Below are positions 1-12,290 of a stretch of DNA of 41,074 bases, piece by piece. Source of the DNA: Macrostomum lignano (lineage: Eukaryota). Every line of letters begins with the position of its first letter. Within the stretch, counting starts at the first letter, position 1. Made by a program: the position numbers and the translations under genes. The notes beneath the pieces are model-generated. The model was given only the letters and a program-made list of their open reading frames with translations, searched no databases and was not told the origin of the DNA. The stretch lies in assembly GCA_002269645.1 (NCBI GenBank), contig NIVC01004592.1:1-41074 (forward strand), in the 5' to 3' direction.

Positions 1-168
1 CAGGACGGAGGCGGCCGCGGCCGCTGCCCCGGTCGGGTCGGCCACGTAGCGGCTGGCGTGCGGAGCCGCGGCGGCGGCAGCAGCGGCCGAAGCCGAAGCT
101 TGAGACTGATTGCGCAACTGGAAATTGCGAATGAGTAGCTTCTTTAAGCCAACTGTCCTGGTTGGCAT
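1..168 (-). CDS. 5' end of a gene running off the window; possibly cullin-4-like N-terminus
   Basis: ATG at 168 with an in-frame TGA upstream; reads MPTRTVGLKKLLIRNFQLRNQSQASASAAAAAAAAPHASRYVADPTGAAAAAASVL, open to position 1. GC/Ala-rich like the other exons. KKLLIRNF resembles the CUL4 KKLVIKNF motif, but nothing else is visible. Confidence 0.35.
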   Translation of the reverse strand, partial: MPTRTVGLKKLLIRNFQLRNQSQASASAAAAAAAAPHASRYVADPTGAAAAAASVL

Positions 169-737
169 AGCAACGGGAGGGAGTCAGACTAGGGCTCCAG
201 AGCTAATCAAGCGCGTCATAATTTGTAATTTCTTATCCGATTTGGGGAGGCGGGGATCTATTCCTCATACTGCTATACGCGTACTTGCTTCATACCAGCC
301 AAAGTGCATTCTGGGAGTGAGTGTTGAAGTGCCCCAATTTTGAGTCATTTCCTATTGAGAACGGGGCCAACCAGATCGATAGCTTATTGGAGCTAGGAAC
401 AAAAACTACAATTCTAAAATATCGACAAGCGGATTTGGATAATTTTCACATCTATAAATAATAATTCCCCCTATATTGTTTTGAGTTGCTAGGAACAAAC
501 TCTGCACAGGGGCGCTCTGTGAGAAACAAGAAATAATTATAGGAAAACAAGTGCGCAGCTTTGAAGTGGTTTTTAATAGATTACTGCAGCTTTTTATTAG
601 CAAAAGATTGTTTCGCTTTAAATACAAATATCGACTTAATATTACAAGTAAAAATTACTATGTGAGAATATTGAAGCCAAAGCTGGTCATTTTCAAACCC
701 AACTCTAAAATCTAACCCCTGAGTTTTCATCTCACCC

Positions 738-1442
738 CTAGAATCCCCAAATCGCAAAACCTGACACCTAGAATTCCCCAAATCGTAAAACCTGACACCT
801 AGAATTCCCCAAATCGCAAAACCTGACACCTAGAATTCCCCAAATCGTAAAACCTGACACCTATAATTCCCCAAATCGTAAAACCTGACACCTATAATTC
901 CCCAAATCGTAAAACCGGACACCTAGAATTCCCCAAATCGTAAAATCTGACACCTATAATTCCCCAAATCGTAAAATCTGACACCTATAATTCCCCAAAT
1001 CGCAAAACCGGACACCTAGAATTCCCCAAATCGTAAAACCGGACACCTAGAATTCCCCAAATCGTAAAATCTGACACCTAGAATTCCCCAAATCGTAAAA
1101 TCTGACACCTATAATTCCCCAAATCGCAAAACCGGACACCTAGAATTCCCCAAATCGTAAAATCTGACACCTATAATTCCCTAAATCGCAAAACCTGACA
1201 CCTAGAATTCCCAAAATCGCAAAACCTGACACCTATAATTCCCCAAATCGCAAAACCGGACACCTAGAATTCCCCAAATCGTAAAATCTGACACCTATAA
1301 TTCCCCAAATCGCAAAACCGGACACCTAGAATTCCCCAAATCGTAAAATCTGACACCTATAATTCCCCAAATCGCAAAACCGGACACCTAGAATTCCCCA
1401 AATCGCAAAAACCTGACACCTAGAATTCCCCAAATCGCAAAA
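738..1442. repeat. 31-bp minisatellite, about 22 copies
   Basis: Unit CCTAGAATTCCCCAAATCG(T/C)AAAA(C/T)C(T/G)GACA read directly. Confidence 0.95.
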
Positions 1443-1622
1443 TCTCATTTCTAGAACTAATCAAATTCCCAAAATTTTTTAGTTCGGGATCACTACTTTA
1501 CAAGAGATTTTGACCCGTAAACAACATGTTTCATTAACAAATTCAAAGGCCAACCAAGAATGTCAGGTACTTAAATCTGAAAAATGCATAATTGTTAAAA
1601 ACACGAAAAAGGCAGGCCAAAC

Positions 1623-2081
1623 TCAAGACGCTGATGCCTCATCAGCCTCTGAGTCTGAGTCAGTCGCGTAGGCGGCTAAAAGCGACACCGCGGCATCCTT
1701 TGCCTCAGGTTTCGCTTCTGTCTTTGAATCGGCGACCGACTTTGCCGGAGGCTGAGACTGAGACGATGCCTCATCATTGCCGCCAGCTGAGTCAGTGTGC
1801 AATTTTCGTTTCACGGCAACAGCCCGGCCCAGCAGACTGCGCTGGGCGCTGGTCTTTTTGGGACCGGCGCCAGACGAGTTGGAGACGCTGATCGACACAG
1901 TCACAGGCGCGGCGGTGACGTCTCCAGCGCTCGGATCTGCCGCGGGCTTGCGGCCCTGCACCGCACGGTTGTAGGCCTCGATGAGGGCGCGGTCCTCGGC
2001 GCGGCGTTGGCGCTCCTCTTCGGCTTGGCGCTTGGCCAGGTCGGACAGAAACTGAGCCTCGTCCTCCGTGATGCGGGACAC
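1623..2081 (-). CDS. PSME3IP1: PSME3-interacting protein (FAM192A/NIP30), exon 2
   Basis: CAG acceptor at 2084-2082, phase 0. VSRITEDEAQFLSDLAKRQ continues the family motif (human VRGLDEDETNFLDEV); SQRSLLGRAV and the C-terminal LLAAYATDSDSE match family features; stop at 1623. Confidence 0.9.
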   Translation of the reverse strand: MSRITEDEAQFLSDLAKRQAEEERQRRAEDRALIEAYNRAVQGRKPAADPSAGDVTAAPVTVSISVSNSSGAGPKKTSAQRSLLGRAVAVKRKLHTDSAGGNDEASSQSQPPAKSVADSKTEAKPEAKDAAVSLLAAYATDSDSEADEASAS

Positions 2082-2159
2082 CTGCCGGCGGCGGGGTGAT
2101 TGGTCCACTTTGGGAACTGGAATAATTACATTAATCTACAGTACTGACTACTCAAGTAG

Positions 2160-2530
2160 TGTTTGGAGGTGTCCTGAGAGAGGAGCGCGTCCAAGGAAAG
2201 GCGTGTCCAGAGAAGATTTCTAGGCAAAGGATATACTGGTAAAAAACTGTCCATTGCGTCCTGGGAAAGGCTATCTAGGGTGTCCTGGGAAAGGGTCCAT
2301 GGTGTCTTCGCAAAGGGTCTATGGTGTCCTGAGAAAAGCTGTCCAGGGTGTCTTAGTAAAGCTGTCCAAAGTGTCCTGGGAAGGGTCCATAGTGTCCTGG
2401 AAAATGGTGTCCAGGGTGTCTTAGGAAAGGCTGTCCAGAGTGTCCTGGAAAAGGCTGTCCAGGGTGTCCTGGGTGTCCTTGGATGGAAAGGGTACATGGT
2501 GTCCTGGAAAAGGCTGTTCTGAGGAGGCGA
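2160..2530. repeat. Degenerate 22-24-bp tandem repeat in the PSME3IP1 intron
   Basis: Recurrent GTGTCCTGG(G/A)AAAGGCTGTCCAGG-type units. Confidence 0.85.
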
Positions 2531-2677
2531 TCCAAGGCTGCCGAGTAAAGGGTGCCCAGACAAAGAGGACGCCCTCCATACGAAATGGAATTACAATAGG
2601 GAATTGTTAAGTTAGCTTTTTGATACTGGTAGCCAGTTTAGTAAGTAGTATAAAGCGGCTTTTATTATCTCAGAAAC

Positions 2678-2863
2678 CTGATTTCGTAACGCGTGCTGCT
2701 CCTCATATTCTGCTTGCTTTTTGTCTTTCTGCTCCTGCAGACGCTCATAGAGGGAGCGCGGGTCGTATGGCTCCTGCTCTTCATCGCCCTGGCCGCCTCG
2801 TTCCAGTTTCCGCTGCTGGGCAATGTCAGCCAACTGCTTCTCCGATATGAACCGGCGCTCCAT
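2678..2863 (-). CDS. PSME3IP1: PSME3-interacting protein (FAM192A/NIP30), exon 1
   Basis: MERRFISE...[24 protein letters not shown] is close to human RFVSE...[24 protein letters not shown]. GT donor at 2677-2676; the phase-0 join gives HALRNQ|VSRITEDE. Confidence 0.92.
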
Positions 2864-5800
2864 CTGACTTTGTATTTAGATTTTAATAAATATCTGAAGA
2901 AAATTAGCAAATGAACTGAATGACACTACTAACAGCAGGAAAATTCGAATAGAATAATTTTTTATCTATATGCTTCTGATTTAAATTGTACGCTCGTATA
3001 TATTGATGCATATTTAATTATATTATATTGAAGTCAAGTGTCCTAGCTATAATCAAAAGTAAAAAAACATTAAAAAGTACATACTAGCGCATTAAGCCCC
3101 CCCCCCGGGGGCATTCGAATTCAAAATCCAAACTTGGAAGGCATGAAAATTTCTTTTTTGAACATTTGACCCTCTTCTAAATCTATTTTTTATTGTTTGA
3201 AGTTTTTTATATACTCAGCAACATTGAAAAGTTGCCACTCTATGCCCCAGTGAGCAATTTCTCATGGACTATTCTGAAATAAAATATACAAGAAAACTGA
3301 TTGGGTAGCTTTAATCCATCGGCCAACAAAACCCTCGCACACTGCACCCCCATCACTTCATTCCTCAACTCAAGCCTGCCACAGAATAGCAAGTTGCTTC
3401 ACTCCCAAAGATGGAGAAGCTTACCTGCACTCTAAAAAGTGGCAACCACAGACTTTTTGATGTTGCACACTATGACACTCAGCCCCCAGTGGTTGGCATT
3501 CAAATAAAAAATTCAAACATCAAAAACATTAAAAACATTGTTTTTCGAATATTTGACTTACTAACAATTGATAGACATTTTATACCAATTTGCCAAATGA
3601 ATTTGCATCAATTGGGCTCATTAGCTATTGACCCCCCCCCTCTGCAACTACGCCACCTAGTGTTGTATTCATAAAATAAGACAAACAAGATCAGAGCAGT
3701 TTAGGGGTTGATAAATTTTAGGCCAGCTGTTTAACCCCCCCCCCATGCACCCACTCTCTATCATCAACAATAATAAACTTTAACCAACCCTACAAATTGC
3801 GAGCCCACTGTGCAAAGGGTCATAAAACTCATTTAGCTCAATTGTGGTAAATGTATATCTTAGACTGTATATTGGCCAAGGAGAGGCCTAAATGGTTGAA
3901 CTGAGCAAATAAATTTAAAAACAGAATGCCTATTGAAAGCATTAAAAAATCATTTTTTGAATATTTGACCCACTTTCCATTTTAATTTTTTATCAAAAAA
4001 AGTTATGCACGATCCTAAAAATGTCAATTTTTTTAAAGCAAATTTGAAAAAAAAATTGGCCAGATGGTTTTCAAAAAGATCAATGACAGACAGATAGACA
4101 GACAGACAACAGATAGACAAATAGTGCAAAATTAGTATATAGAAGCTAGCTCATAATAAAGCTCTTAAAAACTAACTACATGCTTGAATATTCTGACATG
4201 CATAAAATTCATGCATATACTTTGGTAGTTTCGTATATATTATGACTGGCCATTGCCATAAGAAAGTTATATTGCCTTTTGACATTTACTTTTGACTTAA
4301 TGAACATAAAAATGTACAGAGTCCTAACAAAACAAAAGTATTAATTCTTTAATTTGAATTTTTACTTATATTAGAACTTGATGTGGCATTATTAATTTTC
4401 ATATAGGGAATTAGGCACTTGCTTTGAAAATCAGAACCAATAGAATCTAAACTAAAATGGAATAAATAATAAGCAACTGTTTTTCTAAAAAGCATTTTGC
4501 TGAAACAGACTTTTCTATTAGTGTTATAACATGATAAGGGCAATGGATTTGTTATCTTAAACATTGAAGATTACAACAAAAAATAAAAAACATTCTGGCT
4601 GACAAAATCAAGTTGTCTCTATTAAATACTAGGCCTATCAAATATAGATACCTCACCTAATTTAAAAAAGCATTGTATTTAAAGTTTATTTTAGAGACTC
4701 AAAATCAAGAATTTTTGTTGAGTAGTTAAGTAGTCAAAAATTACTTTTTAAAAATATTTTTTCGTAGAAACACTACACATACAGAACAAATAAAGTTCTT
4801 TTCTAATTCATTTGGACTTCTTTCAATAAGGCATCAAATTCCTAACCTAGAATAATTATTTAAATTTTTATTTTGAATCCTATAGACATCTACATGTTTG
4901 ACAAAATAAGCAAATGACTATTTGATGAAAAGGCTTTTAAAAAACTATCCATACATATTGAACTAGTAGCATTTGCCATGGTAAAAAGTTGTTTATATAT
5001 AGGGCACTGAATAATTTTTTACTTGTAATATAGTTTCCCTATAATGAACAGTGATTGGTTTACATTTATAATGATTAGATAAACTTTCAAAAGTGTTTAA
5101 GCATTCTTAATAAAAATAACAAATAAATAAAGTGAAAAAAAATTTGCATATATTGCTATATTTAAATCTTATATTATATATAATATTTAATTTAAATATA
5201 TTTCAGTATATATTTATGGCTTTTTTCCTGATCTTTATTATACTCGAGGCCTAATATCTAAAAATATTAAAACTTCTCAAAAATATACTGCTTAGACCAT
5301 AAAGTATTCTTTCTATTTTTAGTCTTAGAGTTTTTTGTTTGCAATTTTAATGCAAATTTGAGTTTGTGCACTGATATCACTGGCAAAAAAAATATTTCTA
5401 TGGCCAAAATTAGTTATGAACTCTAGGGCTTCAAAGAGAGAGGTTTGGGGTTAGAAATATTTTGCTACTAAGCTTAAGCTACAAATACTGCGAATAAAGT
5501 GCTTTTTACTTAAAAATGGCTAGTAGATGAACTTCTGCCCAAACATAAGCATGGATTAGGGTGCAAGTCATTAGCAGACAAAATGTTTTCTCTTTTAAAA
5601 AATATTCGTCTGCTAGGAAATGGGGGTTGGGGGATATGGAATGGGTGGGGAGCTGCCTAATGCACAACCTCTTCATTAACCTCTTCATACTCCTTTTGGC
5701 TTATGCCTGAACCACATATTTGGTGCTTATTGACTACAGTCATCACATTTAAAAGCTTGCTGTTGACCATGGTCAGGAAGGTGCAGCGTGTGCGCCGGAA

Positions 5801-6851
5801 TAACATCCATCAAAATTTTTGTTGTGCGCCGCGTGCGCCGAGAAAAAAAAATTACTTGTGCGCCATGCGCTGAGAAAAATACACTTAAAAAAGCACCATC
5901 AAGTATTAAGTATCTAAATTGAATCAATACCAATGGAAGTTCAAGCAGTTCAATCATAGCTTCTATTTGCAAAATATAAGCAAAAAGACGCAACAAAAGC
6001 CGCGAAAGGCGCAAATTTGTTAAGTTTGTTAAGTCAATTAATGAAATTTGAAATAGAAACAACATTGGAAATAACGACTATCGTATCGACTATCGTTTAT
6101 TTTATTGATTGATTGACATTTAATATACAATATCATTATTATATTGTCACGTACACTGACGTACCTTGTGCGCCATGCGCCGAGCCATGCACCGATGCAC
6201 CGAGCCATGCGCCGATGCGCCGAGCCCATGCGCGCGGCGCAGTGAAGTGTGCGCCGTGCGCCGGCAAATTGCTGATTTGCGCCGGAAAATTCCGAGGATT
6301 CTACCGTCTTCCTGGCTGTGGGCTGTTGAGTGCTTACACACTCTATAAACAATAGGCCTATAGGTCAATGTCTTGCATCCGAAAAATTTGAATAAGATTA
6401 TAAGAATAAATATTTGCTGATATTTTATCTTTATCAAATTTTTAACAGTTTTCATTCCATTGTTTTTTAGTTAAGCTTTCTTATTTTAGGTTTATATTGT
6501 AAAATAGTTTGTTAAAATGATGGAAAACCCCTATATGTAGCTCTATAACATTAACAATGTTAATGGACAAAGAAGAATTGTTGGGCTATTAGGCAGCTCC
6601 TTAGTCCCCACCCTACTCTTCATCTCTACCCCATTTCGCAGCAGATGAACAGTTTTTAGAAGGAAAGGGCATTTTGTGACTTGTCTACTTAGCAGATGAA
6701 CTGTCAGCAGACAAATGAACTGGAAACCCATGGATTGTACCCCCCTCAAGAGGTTCACCTAGCCCTTTCCTTGAACTAACAAATATGAATGTCACCAAAA
6801 CAGTAGGAAAATAAATGTCAACAAAAACATAAAATAAAACATTTCTTTCCA

Positions 6852-6889
6852 GCCAACGCGTTTTGTCAAACACAAGACATCGCCAGGGT
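6852..6889 (-). ncRNA. Decayed minimal hammerhead ribozyme (left arm copy)
   Basis: ACC-CTGGCGA-T-GTC(TTGTGTTT)GAC-AAAAC-GC-GTT-GGC; fits CUGANGA / stem II / GAAAC-GC-GUH with two core mismatches. Confidence 0.55.
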
Positions 6890-7017
6890 AAATTCAACTA
6901 ACCTTAATTTTCAGCACCAATATATTTAAGCAAAACAAACTGCACAGTCCAAAGGCAAGTCAAAACAGTCCAGTAGAATTTCAAAAGTGCCAAGTACATA
7001 ACAAAGCTTTTTAGCCA

Positions 7018-7290
7018 ATGTTCCCTAGCTCTAGTGTGCAGGTGTCGCTTTGTTTTTCCAATGTAGGAAATGCTCTGATCCTCAGAGCAGCGAAATTGGT
7101 AAACAACACCAGCCTTTAGAGCAAGTGGAACAGCTGACTTGAGCCTGCTAGCATAGCAACCAATCTTTTCAGTGCGAAAAACAATCCTAACAGTGCACTT
7201 AAGCCATTTGTTAAATGTTTTCTCAAGTTTTTTCATGAAGTCAAGCGAAACGTTACCAAAAAATGGGAGAACCAATAGAGCGTCCCAAGA
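7018..7290 (-). pseudogene. Penelope-type GIY-YIG endonuclease fragment
   Basis: LPFFGNVS...VRIVF...GVVYQFRCSEDQSISYIGKTKRHLHTRAREH shows the VVY/YIG/RxxEH pattern of PLE endonucleases; no reverse transcriptase upstream. Confidence 0.85.
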
Positions 7291-7395
7291 ATCTATCTCC
7301 GATTGCCTAGACCGGACTGTTTTGACCTGCCTTTGGACTGTACAGTTTGTTTTGCTTAAATATATTGGTGCTGAAAATTAAGGTTAGTTGAATTT

Positions 7396-7433
7396 GCCCT
7401 GACGACGTCTTGTGTTTGACAAAACACGTTGGC
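7396..7433 (+). ncRNA. Decayed minimal hammerhead ribozyme (right arm copy)
   Basis: GCC-CTGACGA-C-GTC(TTGTGTTT)GAC-AAAAC-AC-GTT-GGC: intact CUGANGA, stem II GTC/GAC, stem I GCC/GGC; GAAA is mutated to AAAA. Confidence 0.6.
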
Positions 7434-9101
7434 TAAAAAGAAAAATTTTATTTGATGTTTTTGTTGACGTTTATTTTTTCCTACTATTTGTTAGATGAGC
7501 TACACTTCTACAGTCACCAAAACACTTCTAAAATTTTGGCAAATGAAAATATTCATTTTTGGAAAGTAAAAAAGCAACAGCTAAAAATGTGCATTGATAC
7601 AGTGAGTTTAACAAACTAGGCCTATTCTGTAGGATAGCCACCTACTCCTAGCCCTAGGCCTAGCCTAACTTCATCAATATTATATATATTCAATAATGCA
7701 AGCCTTTGGAATTTCTTATTGTTTTTTTTGCATTTTAATGAAAACTAGCTAGCCTAGCATTCCTAAAACTGTAGTCGTAGAACGCAAAAGGTATAGGCCT
7801 TGCAGCCCTAGGCTTAGCATAAACAAAATACAGATCAAAGTAGAAAAATTAGTAGTATACTAGTAATTCAGTATATACTTGGTAGAGTAATTTTTTCTCG
7901 CTTTTAAAATTGTATTTTTAATTTTTAATAATTAAATAATAACGATGTGGAATCAGTGGAATGATAAAATGAATCAAATAAAAGATACAGAAGCATACGC
8001 AGTTGTCACTTGTCAGTCAGTCAATAAAAAATTAATCAGACAACCTTGTTGTTCGTTTCAAAATTCAGCGCAGGTTTTACGAAAATAACAAAATTTAGAT
8101 TTAAAACCATCCAAAAAATAATATTTGTCTTTAATTACAGGTTCCAACGAGTAGCACAATACATTCTTGCATTCAAAAGTGTAAGACTTGATTTGCATTC
8201 TCTTACTTATACTTACTTTACTTCTAGTCTTTTCACGAAAGATTGATTCCAGAACCTGAATTATTGCGATTCCAGAACCAGGATCGGTAGGAAAAGCATC
8301 GAACCTACTTTAAATATTTGTCAGTCTACAAGTGTAATTTTGTCTTTCTTTGACTTTCTATTTCCTCCTGGATATGACAAAAACTCTGATATAATATTCA
8401 TAATAAAAATTGACGATTTCAAATTATTATATTTTTATATACTGTTTCAACGGAAAAGCAGCTGCCAAAATATTTCGATTCAAATTCTAGAACCACAACA
8501 CGTTTCTGGAACCGATTCTGAAAACGGAACAGGCAAGAGGCAATATGAAAAGCAGCTCCAAACCGGTTCTGGAACTGGTAATATACATGTATGAATTAAG
8601 CCAATTATCTATTCCACGTACTTGTACATGTACGACGACGCTGCTTTTCCGTTGTTGCTGATACCCATTAGCAAGGGCTTCTTAAATAGCGGCCCTTGAG
8701 AAGCCTGACGGTAGACAGACATAGCGTGCCACCCATGTTTCCCGGGAAAGTATACAGAGTGATCGCTATAACATGTCATAAAAGTCTGCCGTGGCAAAAG
8801 ATGAAGCCGATCGACTATGGGCGCGCTAATCTACATGTAGAGAAAAAGTTGTCCGTATTGATCTCCGTACTGATTGTACATGCATCTGAGTTTATGATGC
8901 CATTTTAGTGCAGTAAAATAGGGTTGGATTACCAAAACAACACAGACTATTAGAATTATTTCAAATAAATGCATCCAGTTGCAATGATTTGCGCCGCATC
9001 TACCATACATGTACATGCTCAGGTTGTCACACAAGTACATTTACATGTACTCAAGGTATAACTATACTCTCTGGCTGTGAGACACCACACACTGTAGAAG
9101 A

Positions 9102-9199
9102 AAACACTAATGGCTGTGACATCGTACATGTACTTACTCAAACTCATAAACACTAATGGCTGTGACATCGTACATGTACTTACTCAAACTCATAAACAC
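9102..9199. repeat. Exact 46-bp tandem duplication
   Basis: AAACACTAATGGCTGTGACATCGTACATGTACTTACTCAAACTCAT occurs at 9102-9147 and 9148-9193. Confidence 0.9.
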
Positions 9200-9570
9200 C
9201 GGGTATTGTTTCCGGCAGTTTTGTATGACGACTGAGTTGAGCAAATTACAGGAAACGCGAGTGGCATAAACTGATGCACTTGGCTGTCATAACGCATCAG
9301 AGGGCCAAATGTTTCATTAAACATTTGCTGGCATCGATAACCATCCGACTGGTGATTGACAGCTCTTCCTAGTTATAGATTGGTTGTCAGCCAACGATAG
9401 AATGCCAATAGTAGATCTCTATCCATGGATCCATTGCTCCGCAGTGTCCAATCAGAGCTGGGGGGGGGTTCAACCGGATTTAAACAGTCACCAAAGCCTA
9501 GACAAAAATTGAAACTCTCAGTCCCGATCGCAGCAGAGTTCCTACAGCAGCTCACAGACAGACGGTCGAA

Positions 9571-10845
9571 ATGCACCAGCTCACCGCTGTGTTCCAGCGT
9601 TCCACAGTCCACGGCTTGGCCCACGCCTCCAATTCCCACAGCCGGCTCGGCCAGGCCTTCTGGGCCACCCTCTGCCTTGCCGGCCTGGTTGCATTCGTGT
9701 ACAATGTGTCCTTCACCCTGGACCACTTCCGCTCCCTGCCGCTGCTCACCTCCTACTTCCCCAACGCCGAGCTCATGGAATGGCCGGACCTGACCTTCTG
9801 CAACAACGTGCCGGTCAGCCTGTCCGGCCCGGACGCCAAGGCCACCTGGCGACAAGCCCTGGCCAATGCGTCCAAGTTCCAGCACTCCGAGGACATGCTG
9901 CAGTTCTTCAAGCTGTTCCGCGACCGGGCCGGCGCGGACACCGAGGCCGACATGGAGGACTGGGTGCTGGTGAACCTCACGCTGGCTCTGTCCACCGTGC
10001 AGATTGTCACGCTGGAGGGCATCCGGCAGAGCCTCGCTGGCGTCGGCTACAACACCGGGCAGAGGGCTATCTCGCTAAACGTGCAGATCGACTCGAGCGT
10101 CGAGCAGCTGGACTCGCTGCCGTCTGAGTTCCTTACGGCCACCACCAACTTCCACCGGTATAGGACGCCCTGCCTCACGCTGCACACCAGCCGGATGTTC
10201 CCCAGCCAGTCGCCGCAGCACCGCCTGCAGGGCCTGTTCTTCGTCATACTGAATGACTTCCACTCCTACATGGAGTTCAACTCGGCCTATTCGCACCAGG
10301 GCACGCGCCTGTTCGTGCACTACCCCGGCACGCTGCCCACAGACGAGGGCATCATGATCGTCCCCGGCCACTCGCAGCGGGTCAACTTCAAAGCGGTGGT
10401 GAGCCACCTGCTGCAGCAGAAGCGGCACTGTCGGCAGCGCGAAGAACTGGTCGAACTTTATGACACTTCGCTGCGTGAGGCGCGACAGGTGAAGCTGGAC
10501 TATGATCTGTGCAAGATTCTGGTGTCGGCTAAGCAATACTACATCAACTGCAGCTGCCACAGCCCGTTCCTGCCCGCATTCAAGTTCGATAATTCAACGC
10601 CCAGATTGTGCTTCAACATGACGGCATTCAGCCGCCAGCAGCTGCTGGCCAACGCCAGGTGCCTGGCCAGAGTCTACTGGCACTTCTCCGACGAGGCGCT
10701 GTTCCAGTCGCTGCTGGCGGCCGAGTGCGGCCACGTCAAGGAGGGCCTGTGCGTGCGCACCGAGTACATCATCGAGGGCTCGGACTACATGTGGCCGGAG
10801 CTCTGGTCGGAGATGATGAACCCGGCCAGGCTGGATCTGATGCGG
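9571..10845 (+). CDS. DEG/ENaC family channel (FaNaC-like), exon 1
   Basis: Pre-TM1 STVHG motif, hydrophobic TM1 (FWATLCLAGLVAFVYNV), PDLTFCN, GTRLFVHYPG, Cys-rich thumb and WP motif. GTGAGA donor at 10846, phase 0. An unseen upstream exon cannot be excluded. Confidence 0.9.
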
Positions 10846-11004
10846 GTGAGAGCAGAGCTGAGAGAGGAGTTTCGGGAGTTAAGTATTGATAATAACATAG
10901 AAAATTAGTCCAGAATTTGGTCCTTTGAGGCTCTGTGCTTCTAATCTTGGCAAATCAATTTCTGTCCATTTCCTAATGAGAATATCCACGTTTTCTTGCT
11001 GTCC

Positions 11005-11400
11005 CATCCTGCTCTGCTTCTGCTTAACCTCTCCCTTCCTCTCTACCCTTTCGCCCCACTCACTCCCGCTCTGCCCTCTCCCTATCTCTCTCCCCTCTCC
11101 CTTCCTCTCTACCCTCTCCCTTCCTCTCTACCCTTTCGCCCCACTCACTCCCTCTCTCCTCTTGCCCTATCTCTCTCCCTTCTCCCTCCCTCGCTTCCCT
11201 CTCCCTAACTCTCTGCCCTCTCTCTCCCTCTCTCCCCTCTCCCTATCTCTCTCCCCTCTCCCTATCTCTCTCCCCTCTCCCTATTTCTCTCCCCTCTCCC
11301 TATCTATCTCCCCTCTCCCTCTTTTCCCCCCTCCCCTACTCTCTCCTCTCCCCCTCCTTCTCCCTTTCTCCCTACTCTCTCTCTCCCTCTCTCCTCTCTT
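11005..11400. repeat. Polypyrimidine low-complexity tract (intronic)
   Basis: CTCTCCCCTCTCCCTAT-type units, almost entirely C/T on the plus strand. Confidence 0.9.
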
Positions 11401-11709
11401 ACTGTTTCGATAAAAACCGCATGCACTATGGAATTGCACTTTTCATTACATTCATTCGGGTGCTGCAGCTTCCATGATGCAGGCCGGGCACTTGTAGGAA
11501 ATTTGATTAAAATTATAGCTCTGAGACTCCACCAACTCCACTTCAACTATCGAGCGACTCGAAACTTCTAGCCCAACCCTATCCCTGATTTTCAACGCAT
11601 TGCTCGGACTCAGAGCCTCGGCAAAATTTGAGAAAACTCTTCAGCTTAGCAAAACTTTGAGTCTTGCCCTGCTTGAGCCGCCTGGCAGAGCCACCCATGC
11701 ATACCTCCC

Positions 11710-12290
11710 TGACTCCCAATATGGCGCCTCCAGACTCCCAATTCTGTGCCTCCAGACTCCCAATTCTGCGGCTCCCCAACTACTAATTCTGCGCCTCCAG
11801 ACTCCCAATATGGCGCCTCCAGACTCCCAATATGGCGCCTCCAGACTCCCAATTCTGCGCCTCCAGACTCCCAATATGGCGCCTCCAGACTCCCAATTCT
11901 GCGCCTCCAGACTCCCAATATGGCGCCTCCAGACTCCCAATATGGCGCCTCCAGACTCCCAATATGGCGCCTCCAGACTCCCAATATGGCGCCTCCAGAC
12001 TCCCAATATGGCGCCTCCAGACTCCCAATATGGCGCCTCCAGACTCCCAATATGGCGCCTCCAGACTCCCAGTATGGCGCCTCCAGACTCCCAATATGGC
12101 GCCTCCAGACTCCCAATATGGCGCCTCCAGACTCCCAATTCTGCGCCTCCAGACTCCCAATATGGCGTCTCCAGACTCCCAATTCTGCGCCTCCAGACTC
12201 CCAATATGGCGTCTCCAGACTCCCAATTCTGCGCCTCCAGACTCCCAATTCTGCGCCTCCAGACTCCCAATTCGGCGCCTCCCCGAACTC
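11710..12290. repeat. 22-bp minisatellite in the channel intron, about 26 copies
   Basis: Unit GCGCCTCCAGACTCCCAA(TATG/TTCT). Confidence 0.95.

Larger units (their letters stand above)
6803..7512 (-). mobile_element. Truncated Penelope-like retroelement with inverted terminal arms
   Basis: Arms at about 6803-6971 and 7314-7490 are inverted copies (roughly 90% identical by eye). The core encodes a GIY-YIG fragment. A 12-bp direct repeat GTCACCAAAACA lies at 6791-6802 and 7513-7524. Confidence 0.85.

Noticed and set aside
5769-6327. TGTGCGCC(A/G)TGCGCCG motif clusters bounded by CAGGAAG/CTTCCTG
   Set aside because: Possibly a MITE, but the terminal match is only 7 bp and no TSD was found.
10846-10908. 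ORF continuation VRAELREEFRELSIDNNIEN as the channel C-terminus
   Set aside because: Read-through into the intron; TM2 is supplied by the in-frame exon at 13023.
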